A DNA stretch of 64,000 nt. It comes from Lytechinus pictus. Lineage: Eukaryota. Shown here in pieces: positions 25,696 to 37,896 of this stretch. Location of the stretch: the NCBI RefSeq assembly GCF_037042905.1, contig NC_087245.1, positions 26,600,001 through 26,664,000 on the forward strand, read 5' to 3'. How positions within the stretch are numbered: position 1 is the stretch's first letter; the number at the start of each line of letters is the position of its first letter. The notes beneath the pieces were generated by a model that saw only the letters and a program-made list of their open reading frames with translations, ran no database searches and was not told where the DNA came from. Made by a program: the position numbers and the translations under genes.

Positions 25696-26764
25696 GTTGT
25701 CTCCAATCATGTCCGATATGTTTCAACCATCTTCTCGTCATTATTCACTACGTAATTCTCATAACTTTGCTTTACCCAAACCCAAAACAGAATACTCTCG
25801 TCGCACTATCCAATACAGAGGTGCATCTCATTATAATACTCCGTCCCCATCACATGAAATTATTGGAAAATATCGATGCATTCAAAAAGGCCTTAAAAAC
25901 ATTTGTCCAGACTTCTTGTAATTTTTAGTTCAGATCCCTCATTCTTACTTTCTTACTTTGTTATCTTGTATATATATTGTAAATACGTTTTTCTTACTTT
26001 TTCACATTTTATCAACGTCTTTATCGTAAGTCAAGTAAGTTTTTCTTTTCCTGTATTATTTTTACATGTATATATATATGTAAGGGACCCCTCTGTAAAA
26101 CAGCGTTGATATGTTGTCACCGCTGAGTAGGGCAATCCCTCCGTCATTTTATAATGATCATTTCTTTGTAATTGTAAATATATCTATCGTTGTTATAATT
26201 TTTAATTGACGGAGAATGAATACAATACAATACAATACACCTCTTCCAGGAAGTGCAAATCGATTTTACCTGTTTAAAGATTCTATACTGAATCCTGGAC
26301 AATACTCAACACTGCATGGCGTATAGATAGGGTCTTGAGGCCATGCCCCCGCCCCCCCCCCAAAAAAAAAGAATGTTTCACGACCAAGAAAATAAGTAGA
26401 AATAAAGAAAATGGCAAGGAAAGAGGGTGAAATGTGACACTATTTTTGTTTTGATACATGTATTCTAAATCTATCAAAAAATAAGTTTTTTCGTATAAAA
26501 ATTTGATTTTTTTTTCTCGCTCGCAACTTTGAAAGAAATATTGTCCCATTCGGCGTGTCTGACCCTCTCAAATTTGTTGGTTCACTCGACTGCTTATTCT
26601 CAGACTCAAATCGCCCGGGGTACATGGTGCCCTCCTAAACAAATGTCAAGGTCTGTTCAAATTGTATTATTATTGCTTCACACATTCGCCATAACTTGAT
26701 TTGCATTCTCCAATCATCATCGATCATTTCACCTTCTGCATACAAAGCAAATTCGGATAGGGGT

Positions 26765-26950
26765 ATCTGGAACCACCCAATATTGGGTAGAAAAGGAACA
26801 TGCATGTTTGCTGGGTATCTTTTTTTACCCCATATTGGGCTATTTCAACACAACGTTGCGTAAAATTTACAAAATATTGGGTATCTTTTTACCGAACCAA
26901 CATGCATGTTCCCATTTTACCCAATATTGGGTAAACTTTTTTTAGAGTGT
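26765..26950. mobile_element. Short palindromic MITE remnant
   Basis: Repeated ACCCAATATTGGGT palindromes in inverted arms ending TTTTTAGAGTGT. Confidence 0.5.
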
Positions 26951-27192
26951 TGCCATATACTGCAAGGGGCACGGGGTCAGGGTAATATACTGCTCATATC
27001 TTGTTTGCTACTCAGCCAATAGTGCCAAATTACCGAGTACAAGTACATACCAATCATTTCATGTTATCCATGTGACTCCTTATCCTATTAATTGTATATA
27101 TCATTTATAATTATGTTCGATTATAAATGCCAAATAAATTATAATGATAAAAATGATAATATATGAATGAAATGTCCCTTTACCGGTCAGTA

Positions 27193-28189
27193 CAGTGCGT
27201 CCCCTCTGACACCGGGCTTAATTAATTCCAAAATGTGGTAGCATTCTCAATTAAATGTACAGAAGTAGAAATCTCATTTCATGTTCTAACTTCCATGAAA
27301 TTTCATCCGTCTCGCTTCAGTGGTTTTGAATACACATTCTGTTACGTAACAGTGGTACACTTCAGCCCATTCCAAGTTTGCAGCACTGCTGTATTTCTGC
27401 ATTGTCTTTAGCATGTTAAAATTTTACCATCCAGTATCTGAGCAGGGACATTTCCCTGATCTATCAGGACTCATCAAATCACAAACATGGGCATGTTCAG
27501 AAGGGTAAGAAACATAAAGAAATGAAGTTTTGTATGATTAATAGGAGAATCAATGCAGCAACTTAAAGAAAATATAACAATAAGCTGAACAATGAAGAGC
27601 ATACCACAAAGTGTATCACACTTTGCGAAAGCGAATATTTCCAGTCGATATTGACTTTTTCTTATTCAAAAAGGTACAGTGAACTAACTTTAAGAAGTAT
27701 TATTTGAAAACAAGAATGCAATATTGTTTGAATTTGGCATATGAAACGTGATCTGTTGCCTCCATCATTGTATATATCTTATTATCAAACTTGAAATGAA
27801 CTGTATACTGTTGTTGCCGTTCTGAACATGCTCAAGTTTGTGATTTGATGAGCCTCGTTAGATCATGGAGATTTCCCTGGTCAGATCAGAGAATTTACTG
27901 GTCAGATTCTGAATGATCTAAGGGGGTTAATATGCTAGAAAGTGCAGAACATACAGCAGTAGTAGTAGTGTTGCATGAATGGAAACTTGGAATGGGCTGA
28001 AATGCACCAATTGTGTTACATAAAAGACTGTGTATTCAAAACCACTGAAGCGAGACCAATGAAATCTTTATAGAAGTTAGGACATGAGATGAGCTTCTTA
28101 CTTTTAAACATTTCATTGATAATGATTTTCAATTTTGGAATTAATTCAGCCAAATATCAGAGAGACAATTTTTTTGGGGGGACGCCCTG
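27193..28189. mobile_element. Tc1/mariner-type fold-back non-autonomous element
   Basis: TA|CAGTGCGTCCCC ... GGGGACGCCCTG; long inverted arms, e.g. TCTCGCTTCAGTGGTTTTGAATACAC (~27310) vs GTGTATTCAAAACCACTGAAGCGAGA (~28030). Confidence 0.8.
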
Positions 28190-29212
28190 CGCACAAATAA
28201 AAATTCAGCTCGCGCTTTAGCGCTCGCATAATTTGTTTATAATTTTTAGTTAGCTCGCTCGCTTTGCTCGCTAGCAAAATCAGAAATATCAAATTTGGAT
28301 CTGTGCAAATGAGATATGCATGTGTATATTTGCATATCAATACTCTATTCCTGATGTGTTATATCATGTATGCATTTTGGAGCCCCTATGAAATCTCCTG
28401 AAGAGAATCAGCTCCTGTTTGTACCCCCCCCCCCTTCTCCAAAAAAGGAAACACTAAATCGGGCTAGGGCTACGGGCCTGTCAATAATCATGTACCAAAC
28501 CAACTTCCAAACACACATAGCTGTTTTAAAAGTAATTTCCGAATTGGAATTTTGTACATTGAAGTTGAAGAACATCATTATCCTTTCAATTGATACATAA
28601 TGTTCCTAAATACTTTCAAATTAACCCGGTTTTTTTTAAAGTAGGCCTATACTATCATTTCTCAGAGCATTGCGATTGTCTTGCTGCGAATCTTGCACTT
28701 TTCTTTGAAATACCGTAAAGGGATACATAATCGATGACAGATATTTCATAACCTTGATTTATACTTCGAACGTTTTTTTTTATCACCATCGTTTTCTTTC
28801 TCGGTGAAATCGAGGTCGGTTGAAACACAATGACATCGACGCTGTAAGTAAGGACTTCCCATCCAACTGCTACAAAATACCCGCTTCATACACCATACGA
28901 AATCACACACAACAAAAAAACCTGATAAGCTCTGTTCTTCCCATTCCATCGCTGTGTTTAATTTTTTCATTCATATTTGTATTGTCCTCAGCTCGACAGT
29001 GCATCGATTTCTATTCAATATAGTATTTGTCATGCACATTGATATTAGCTCCATGACGGCAAAAATCACAACGATTATTTGTTTGAAATGTACCCTGACC
29101 TCGCATACCGGGTGGGTGTAAATTATAAAATAGGTGTGCCCTTCATCCGATACCAAATACATATTTCTTTCTTTGATACCAAATAGAATGTATTAGGCCT
29201 AATATCGTTTAT

Positions 29213-29811
29213 AGGGGTATTCCAGGCTGAACATGGTATGATTTGAACAGATAAAGTAAAACCAGACAAACGAAACACTGAAAGTTTAATAAAAATCGGA
29301 CAATGAACAATAATAAAGTTCTGACATTTTAAAGTAATGAATTATTTCGGTGAAAACAGTTCTATGAATTTCTTCATGAATATGCATTGAACAAGCTGAT
29401 GATGTTATATCCCCACATATTATTTTGCACTTTATATGACATTGTGTTTATTAAAATTTTGTCCACCAAGAGTGAAAAAAAAATTGGATTGACAACTATA
29501 TAGTTTATACGTGTAATCATTGCTGCAACTTATTTTGTAACCAGGGAGACATATACATGTGTGAAAATATGAAATAATCATGATTTCATGTAATAACATA
29601 TTATAAGAAGGAAAATTTGGACATGATATCGTCAGCCCGCTTATTATCCATGGCAGTGTGTATATAACTTTTCAAAAAATATTGCTACACTAGCTTTAAA
29701 AACCAAGAACTTTGTTATTTCTTTTCCGATTTTGATGAAATTTACAGCATTTTGTTTAGTGAATTTTACTCCATTTATTCAGATATAATTATTTTCAGCC
29801 CGGAGTGCCCT
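29213..29811. mobile_element. Kolobok-like MITE, same family as 52079-52602
   Basis: AGGGGTATTCCAGGCTGAA ... TTCAGCCCGGAGTGCCCT; degenerate TTAA flanks. Confidence 0.75.
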
Positions 29812-29910
29812 TTCAAAATCCCTTACGAGCCCCTGAAGTTATATGACATGTTTATATTTTCAAAACTTGTTTCCAACTTTCCTGACTTCCTAACCCATTC
29901 CCTCGTTTAA

Positions 29911-30303
29911 TAACTCGTTCTTGAGAACTAAAATCGATTCCATTCGACTTAATTACTAACTCGGGTTCTCCTTAGGAATTAACACCATCCCACGACTTAT
30001 AATTTGTCGTAGACCAAGAGAACGAGTTATTGGGAACGAATCAAGTCGAAGGACCACATTTTCAGTAAGTAGAGGAACGAATATAAGCACTAGCGTACCT
30101 ACGGGGGGGGGGGGCAGGGGGGCACTCTGCCCCCCCCCTGACGAGCCACACCCCATACAAAATACATATCACTGCCCCCCTGACGAGCTTGAAAGACCTT
30201 TAACGCCCCCCTGACGAGCTTGAAGACCTTTTTTTTTTTTTTTTTTTTTTTTACTTGTCAATTTTTTTTCTGGTACAATATAACCTTTATTTTTTATTGA
30301 AGA

Positions 30304-30345
<42 letters not shown>

Positions 30346-30393
30346 TGTCAATTATTTTTCTGGTACAATAACCTTTATTTTTGATTGAAGACC

Positions 30394-30424
<31 letters not shown>

Positions 30425-30541
30425 TGTCAATTTTTTGGGCGGCCGATTTTGCCCCCCCTGTGGAAAATCTTAGGTACGCCACTGAATGTAAGTCTATTTA
30501 GTCAAGGGAACGGAGAGTAAGTATGTCGTGAGAACGAGTTA
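29911..30541. mobile_element. MITE with TAACTCGTTCT/AGAACGAGTTA ends, interrupted by a hAT MITE
   Basis: Inverted terminal sequences flank 30088-30484. Confidence 0.55.
30088..30484. mobile_element. hAT-type MITE with internal poly-T tandem units
   Basis: CACTAGCGTACCTA ... TAGGTACGCCACTG; TSD AATATAAG/AATGTAAG (7/8); three GAAGACC(T)n..CTTGTCAA units. Confidence 0.8.
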
Positions 30542-30915
30542 AAAAACACTCGTCTCGTCACATTATCGGTTCATAACCTTATAAAGTCATTTGTGAAAGA
30601 AAACACGTAAAGCAAATTGGAAAGACGGATTTTGAATCAAAAATGATTTCTTGAAATGTATACCTTTTTTATCGTAGTATAGCCAATGCAAAAGGAGGCC
30701 CGTGGAACAATAAATGTCTCTTACAAACCAGCATTGCTCATCGAACTCCACTGATTTCGGTGGCTTGTTATCCTTTGAGCACATTAAACAATGCATATTA
30801 AATCGCTCTTTTGAATATTTTCCAGTTTATTGGCGATAGACTTGATGAGAAGTTGAACAAATATTTAGGATGAATATTAACACGATTAAAATGTTGACGG
30901 AGACGTGTTCATAAT

Positions 30916-31642
30916 CAGTGGCTGCACCAGGATTTTTTTTAATTAGGGGGGGGGACAAATGGGGGCAAAGGCGGACACAATTTTTTTACATGTTTCAAAA
31001 AAAAAATCGAACGCGAAGCACGAGCTACAAATTTCAATATAAATCTAGGCACTACTGACTTTAAAAGGAACCTGTTAAGGACTGTTTGCAGTCACTCGTG
31101 AAGATTATATTTCGCCAAATAAATAATGCGAGCGCGAAGCGCGAGCTAAAATATTTTAGCATCCTGAGATGATAATTGGACGTGTGTAGCTCGAGTTGAC
31201 AAAAATTATGATTTTCAGCAGGTTTTTTTTATTATGACATACACGATGCATGTCTTGCTAAAATGAATAATGAAAATCACGAGAAGAATAATTTGTACAT
31301 ATTCACTTGAACACTGGATTTTTAGCCCCATGTCATCATATTGAACAGATCATTTATTTATCTCAATCAACAGTCACTGCGAGCGCAAAACGCGAGCGAA
31401 ATTTTGAATTTCATTTAATGACCTGAAAATTTATGTTAGTGACTAATATTGTTGGGAGCTAACAGTGGGTGGATGAGAAAATTTTCAATTTCACAGCTTT
31501 ATAGTAGGATGCTTATGACAGCATTTACTATACATTTTTTCAGTTTTCAACATTCTGGGGGGGGGGGGGTAAGTGGGGGTAAGGCAACGATCCTGACTGG
31601 GGCAAGTATCCCCTGTGCCCCCCCCCCTTGGTGCTGCCACTG
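30916..31642. mobile_element. hAT-type MITE
   Basis: CAGTGGCTGCACCA ... TGGTGCTGCCACTG with perfect 8-bp TSD TTCATAAT. Confidence 0.88.
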
Positions 31643-32401
31643 TTCATAATTATGATGAACAAAATAATCATGATTAAATGGCAATCAATAATAGGTCCGT
31701 GATTATGCAAACACCTAAGAATGAATATCGCTTACCTCTCCAGTCCACCAGGCATCGCTATACGATCGTTCGATTCGAAACATGTCAAACTTTTTGACAA
31801 TAAAAATGAAGAAAACAAACATAGAAATTGGAGGAAGGGGAACAGGGTATGTACTCCCTTCCACTGGTCAAGATCAAAGTTGTCCTACAAAATCCAATGC
31901 ACTGTTCAAACCCCAAATCCAACATACTTTCTGTACTCTGTCCAGACATTGCAATACTCTCTTTGTGATTAAAGTTAAAGAATAGTATTTGCAGACCAAT
32001 CCAATTCAATCCTAGATCTGTATAAAGCACCACTATCTAGTTAAACCACCCCTGTCATCTCACAGAAATGCAAATATTACTTTTATTTGGAGTTTGCTAA
32101 AGGGGCGTCGAGTGTTATAGGGAAAAAGAAGTTTTGTTATAATATTGTTTTCATTGTGAGAGATGAGAACACTTCTATCAATATTTAGACTTCTATATTC
32201 AAGCGGCAGGGTGTGTATTCAGTGTATTTTTCCCCTACACTTACGTCAGTGATCATTATTTTACTGAAATTGTTCATCAGACTTTAGGATATGTCCGTTT
32301 ACTCAAGTTTTCTTGATATCCATATAAAAAAGTTTTCTTGATATTGTATTAATCGACTTATGGAATGCCATCTTGCATATAGGGAGGAAAATACACATTA
32401 A

Positions 32402-32997
32402 AGGACAAGTGCACCCCAACAAGAAATTGATTTGATTAAAAAGAGAAAAATCCAACAAGCATAACACTGAAAATTTCATCAAAATCGGATGTAAAATAAG
32501 AAAGTTATGACATTTTAAAGCTTCACTTAATTTCACAAAACAGTTATAATATTCACATTCTGGTCGGTATGCAAATGAGGGAACTGATGACGTCACCCAC
32601 TCACTATTTTTTTGTATTCTATTATATGAAATATGAAATATTCTTATTTTCTCCCCCTTTTCATGTGAAATCAAGTTTTATTCCTCCCTGAATATGTGGA
32701 ATTCACATTTGTTTAACATTATGTGGTTCTGTCAAATTATACCTTATTGTCAATTCTGTAAAACTTGAAATATTGTATAATTCAAACAATAAAAAACAAA
32801 AGAAATAGTGAGTGATTGACATCATCAACTAGTATCACTGAGTTGTGCATATAACTGTTTTGAGAAAAATAAGCGAAACTCTAAAATGTCATAACTTTCT
32901 TATTTTACATCCAATTTTGATGAAATTTTCAGCGTTATGCTAGTTTGATTTTTCTCTATTTATTCAAATCAACATTTTCCTAGGGTGGACTTGACCT
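32402..32997. mobile_element. Kolobok-like MITE (TTAA TSD)
   Basis: TTAA|AGGACAAGTGCACCC ... GGGTGGACTTGACCT|TTAA; long inverted arms; closely related copy at 42233-42836. Confidence 0.88.
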
Positions 32998-33088
32998 TTA
33001 AAAAAAAAAGATAAAACCTCTTAAGTGTGAAAATACATGTATTGTAATGCAATGTCAAGCGGATAAGGATCTGACATAATCATGGATC

Positions 33089-33679
33089 TATGGATGCCTG
33101 AGGTACATGTACGTACTATCCAGATGTCCAGATAATCATCTTACCAATCTACATCTCATGGAAGAGATGAATTGATGACAAAATCTGGATCTTATAGATC
33201 TTGTCATGTCTATATCTTCGAGAAGTGAGGATGTAGAGATGAAGAGATTCAAAACCTTGTCATTTGAGCTTCTCTTCTAAGGGATGTAGACATGATGATT
33301 CCGAGATCTTGTCATCTGATCATTTGTAATGATAAAGGATGTCGATATGATCATTTCCGAGATCTCATCATCTGATCAAGGCTGTCGATATGATCATTTC
33401 CGAGATCTCATCATCTGATCAAGGCTGTCGATATGATCATTTCCGAGATCTCAACATCTGATCAAGGCTGTCGACATGATCAGATCCAGATATCATCGTC
33501 CGATCGTCTCTTCCACGGAATGTAGACGGAACGAGATCCGGGATCTCATCATCCGATCATCTCTTTTAAGGGAGACATAGCATGACGAGATTCGAGATCT
33601 TGCTATATGATGATTCCTTCTTCTACGAGATGTAGACATAATAAAATTTGATTCTGTGTGGCATCCCAAAGCTTCCATA
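33089..33679. mobile_element. Degenerate IS3EU-like non-autonomous element with a 43-bp tandem repeat
   Basis: TATGGATGCC ... AGCTTCCATA ends; 43-bp unit starting at 33341, 33384, 33427, 33470. Confidence 0.5.
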
Positions 33680-33686
33680 ACAGATT

Positions 33687-34662
33687 TATGGGAGCTTATA
33701 AAAGTGCCACGAAGATGTTTAGATAATCACCTTGTCATGTCTACATCCCGTGGGAGAGATGATGAGATGACAAGATCTTGGATCTCGTCATGTCTATATC
33801 CCATGGGAGAGATGATTAAATGACAAGATCTTAGATCTCGTCATGTCTACATCCCGTGGGAGAGATGAACAGATGACAAGATCTTAGATCTCGTCATGTC
33901 TACATCCAGTGGGAGAGATGATGAGATGACAAGATATTGGATCTCGTCATGTCTACATCCAGTGGGAGAGATGATGAGGTGACAAGATCTTGGATCTCGT
34001 CATGTCTACATCCCGTGGGAGAGATGAACAGATGACAAGATCTTAGATCTCGTCATGTCTACATCCAGTGGAAGAGATGATCTGAAGTCATGATCATGGG
34101 TCCAATATCTTGTCTTCTTATTATCTCTCCCACAGGATGTAGACACGACGAGATCCAAGATCTTGTCGTCTTATCATCTCTCCCACAGGATGTAGACTTG
34201 CGCAAGATCCAATATATTGTCATCTTATCTCTCCTACAGGGTGTAGACACGACGAGATCCAAGATCTTGTCATCTGATCATCTCTCCAAAATAATGTTGA
34301 CATGACGAGATCCGAGAACTCGTCATCTTGTCAGGGATGTAGACATAACAAGATGATTATCTGAACAAGATTAAATGATTGCTAATGTAAGTTTATAACG
34401 TTCTGATGGCCTTTGGCCCACAAGCTAAGCTTCTTAGTAGGTCACCACGTTTCATTTCCATCTTTTCTCATGGGTGTTACTAATGTTCCATAAAAAGTAG
34501 TGCATGTATTATGTATTTTATCCTGTAATTATTTACTTTTGTTCTTTTCTTTTCAACTTGTATCGCAATCATTTACTGTTGTTGTTGTTTAATATCGGAA
34601 TTGAAACGAAATAAAGATTCATTCATTCATTCACATCTTGGTGGCAATTTTAAGCTTCCATA
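33687..34662. mobile_element. IS3EU-like non-autonomous element with head-to-head 53-bp repeat arrays
   Basis: TIRs TATGGGAGCTTATAAAAGTGCCACGAAGATGT / ACATCTTGGTGGCAATTTTAAGCTTCCATA; ~7 copies of a 53-bp unit from 33734, inverted copies ~34100-34350. Confidence 0.7.
34368..34632 (+). mobile_element. LINE 3' UTR fragment with (ATTC)n tail inserted into the right TIR of 33687-34662
   Basis: AATAAAG(ATTC)n tail; splits GATTATCTGAACA|TCTTGGTGGC. Confidence 0.6.
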
Positions 34663-36478
34663 CTGTGTGGCATTTCAAATCTTCAATTGCAGATTATTTC
34701 CAAAATAAAGGAGCACAGCATATCGCGTTCCCCGGGGATGGATGCAGAGATGGGCTTTTTTCTCTGGATTCCCCTTCGTGTTTCATTACAGCGAAATAAT
34801 TATGTGGTATCTTCATCTACTCTTATGAAACTATACTGCGAGAAATAATACCAATTGATTGGTCTGCAAAACACGGGAGGAGAGCAACGTGCATTTTGGG
34901 GAATTGGACAATCTTGCTAGTTTGAATGCTTTAATTGCAATAGAAGTGGGATTCGAAAGAACAGACTTAATATGTACAAATTTGATCTGAAAAATGTGGA
35001 ACTTTTGAAAAATAAAGAATATAAGCTTGATCATGTTCTCAAATGGGGCGTTTTACTTTTCAGTAGATCTACCCCCCCCCCCACATACCCACACTTCTAT
35101 TAATGTACCAACCTCGTCGGAATTCAGTATAAAAGGCATATCCGCATAATTATTCATGGAATATAATCTTATCATATGTCTTTTCGGATCAACAGAGACT
35201 ACCAACATGACCCTCTTTACAAACAATGCTGAATATGAATACACACGTAGTTTAGCTGTCATTTTTTTCACATCATGCCAAGCTTCGCCCAACCATTATG
35301 AAAACATACTTCAAAAAGTCAACCTATCAATGGCGCCACTATATCATGCAGTGCAAACATAATACACTTCATAGATTCGTGGGAAATAATGGAACACATA
35401 CCAGAGAATAATCGACCATTGGAATGGTAGGATAGCGATCCGGATCCATGTCACTCGATGGCAGCTACGGATAGCCTGATATATCACCAGAAATTAACAA
35501 CAAATCATCCGCTTTTTCATCCTGATCATATTATCCACACGCCCTCAAAATATATTACGAAGATCCTCGCTCACTGCATTAAACATGTTAAAAACTTAAC
35601 AGCACTATATTTCAATGGCCACGATCAGATATACAGTGAAAACCCTTTCGAACTTACGGTCCAGTGCCTGCCTTTAGGTACCACCCCCATCATTCTATTC
35701 TGTCATCATCAATACATGGGGAAACTAAATCCTTAAAACGGTATCACACGAACAAAGCTTTTTTACAGTTTGTCTATTGATGTAACGATCTCTCTTTATT
35801 CAGTGAGGTTTACTTCCCCCTTTTACACTCATAGCGAAAGGGGGGGGGGGGAGGGGGGGGGGGGTTGAGCGACGTCACAATCTTAAGTAACTTTCTTCTG
35901 GAGATGGAAAAGTAATCAGATTTACTTCCGAATTAACAAACGACCAGGTTAAGGTCATTTTTGACGGAAATGCGCGCTCATTATTTGGGATTTTATCATG
36001 AAAAATTCTTATTTTTTCATTTAGTCACGGGCGTCATAGTTAGGCCGGGGGCATATCACTTGCTGTATTGATTTGGATATTACAAGCGAGCGGTGCAAGC
36101 AAGAGAGTGTAAAATTGTGTGTAAATCAGATCTACGTCAGAAGTATTAAAATATAATCGATTCATGATCAAAATATACATTAATATGAGTCGCATATCCG
36201 GTAAGATGTAAGACTGACATTCAGTCTAGCTGCAGAACATTTCTATACCGTGTGAGTAAAAAAAACCTGACACCTCATAAATTTGCCCCCCAAAATAATT
36301 GTCAAAAATTGCCATGAACACATGATTATTGTTTATGGTCTGAAAGAGTATGTTCTCCCAAATAATTGATCCCATATTTATGTGGTACGTGTTAACGCTT
36401 CGATGACCAGGAGGTATTCTTTGCAACAATGCAATTTCGATTTGCGCCATATTACGGCATGACTGCAATGAATAAATC

Positions 36479-36756
36479 CAGGGCCCCGTCTTACAAAGAG
36501 TTACGATTGATCCAATCAATCGTAACTCTCTATGGAAATCTATCAGTGTCATATTTTTTTGCTACAGGGAATTCGTACAATTTCCTTAAAACAAAGAGAA
36601 TCACACTGAATCTTCAAGAGAACGATAAATGTATGAATGTACATCATATCTAGAAAATATTTTGAACAAATTTGCATTTTTAGATGTTGACGTTGCTGGC
36701 CGTCCATAATTGTGATTGATCGGATCGATCGTAACTCTTTGTAAGACGGGGCCCTG
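36479..36756. mobile_element. MITE with ~30-bp perfect TIRs
   Basis: CAGGGCCCCGTCTTACAAAGAGTTACGAT ... ATCGTAACTCTTTGTAAGACGGGGCCCTG. Confidence 0.85.
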
Positions 36757-37009
36757 ATGTCATAAACCTACAAGGGTTGCATTAAAATCTTATTTCAACA
36801 CACCTTTTCAGTAATTTACATTACGATTGTTTAATAAACACATTTTAGTATTAATTCTTACGTTAATTTCATTGAAAATGGATTAGCAAATATGTTTGCT
36901 AACATGCTAGTAGGATTTTGACTTCGTTGGCATCTGGGTTCATTAATTGCTGTCTTGCCTTATACTTTGGTGCAACTCCAAATTTACATCACTGCAATAA
37001 TTACCTACT

Positions 37010-37896
37010 AATTATCCAAGCGTGAAGACTTGCAACATGAATTGGAATCAAATTATTTGGGAGAAAATACTCTTTCCAGACATATAAATCTGTTTGCGCA
37101 GAAATGCTCGTTTTCACGCTGTGTCAAGGGGAAAGGGCGAAATCAAACTTACCCTGCGAAACATTTCTCATACATTTCCCATTGCACTTTTTGTCAATTG
37201 TAATAAATAGAAACATTCAAGCATTTTGTAACAATTTTGTCACCCAAATTGAAATTTCAACACTTAGTAAGCACAACCTTTACCCTTTTTGTGCCAGCTG
37301 GATCTGAGGACATAACTAAGTCTGAACAAAAGTTTATATCAGACTGTTCAGACATCTCCAGCATTTTTTATCATTTAAAGTGGGTTTACATTTCATTTTT
37401 CATTTAATACTTGTTTCTCCACACTTTTTCCAAGCTTGACAATGATTAACAAAATGAAAATCAAGCCTAAGCCATTTCATGTAAATCACAGCTCAGTGTA
37501 AAGCAAATATCATCACGATGGCCTCGGTGTGTGGGGGAGTGGGGTGGGGCGCAATGCACTCTTCGAAGTGTTTTGGGCAAGGAAACAAGTTAAAAAGGTA
37601 AAAGATATCTTCAAATCAATTTTACTAGCTAAATTCAACGTGTTCTTCATCTTCATGATTAAGGTCTACTTTTATTCGCATATTAACTATTTCAAAGTTC
37701 TGCGCAAATCATTTTTCACTAACTTTTCAAAAGTAAGTGGTGCTCACTCAAGCGGAAATATTTTTCGACAGTTACATCGTCATTTGCTTAAATGGATCTG
37801 TACCAATCTTAAAATGTGGAAAAATCTTCAGGATATTACTAATGAATAATTTTACAGGATTTTTTCTAAGTGTAAACATTTTTTGATACGCACTGT
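37010..37896. mobile_element. Tc1/mariner-type non-autonomous element, one terminus recognisable
   Basis: Ends TTTTTTGATACGCACTG|TA; left boundary approximate. Confidence 0.45.

Larger units (their letters stand above)
24690..26240 (+). mobile_element. LINE (L2/Crack-like) 3' fragment interrupted by a hAT MITE
   Basis: Removing 24729-25703 restores FVYKSVHDMLSPIMSDMFQPSSRHYSLRNSHNFALPKPKTEYSRRTIQYRGASHYN; ends in an (AATAC)n tail at ~26219-26239. Confidence 0.75.

Noticed and set aside
30169..30351. Poly-lysine ORF
   Set aside because: Translation of poly-T tracts inside a MITE.
33734..34350. CRISPR-like or coding repeat (53-bp units, short ORFs)
   Set aside because: No spacers; the unit length is not a multiple of 3; bounded by TIRs.
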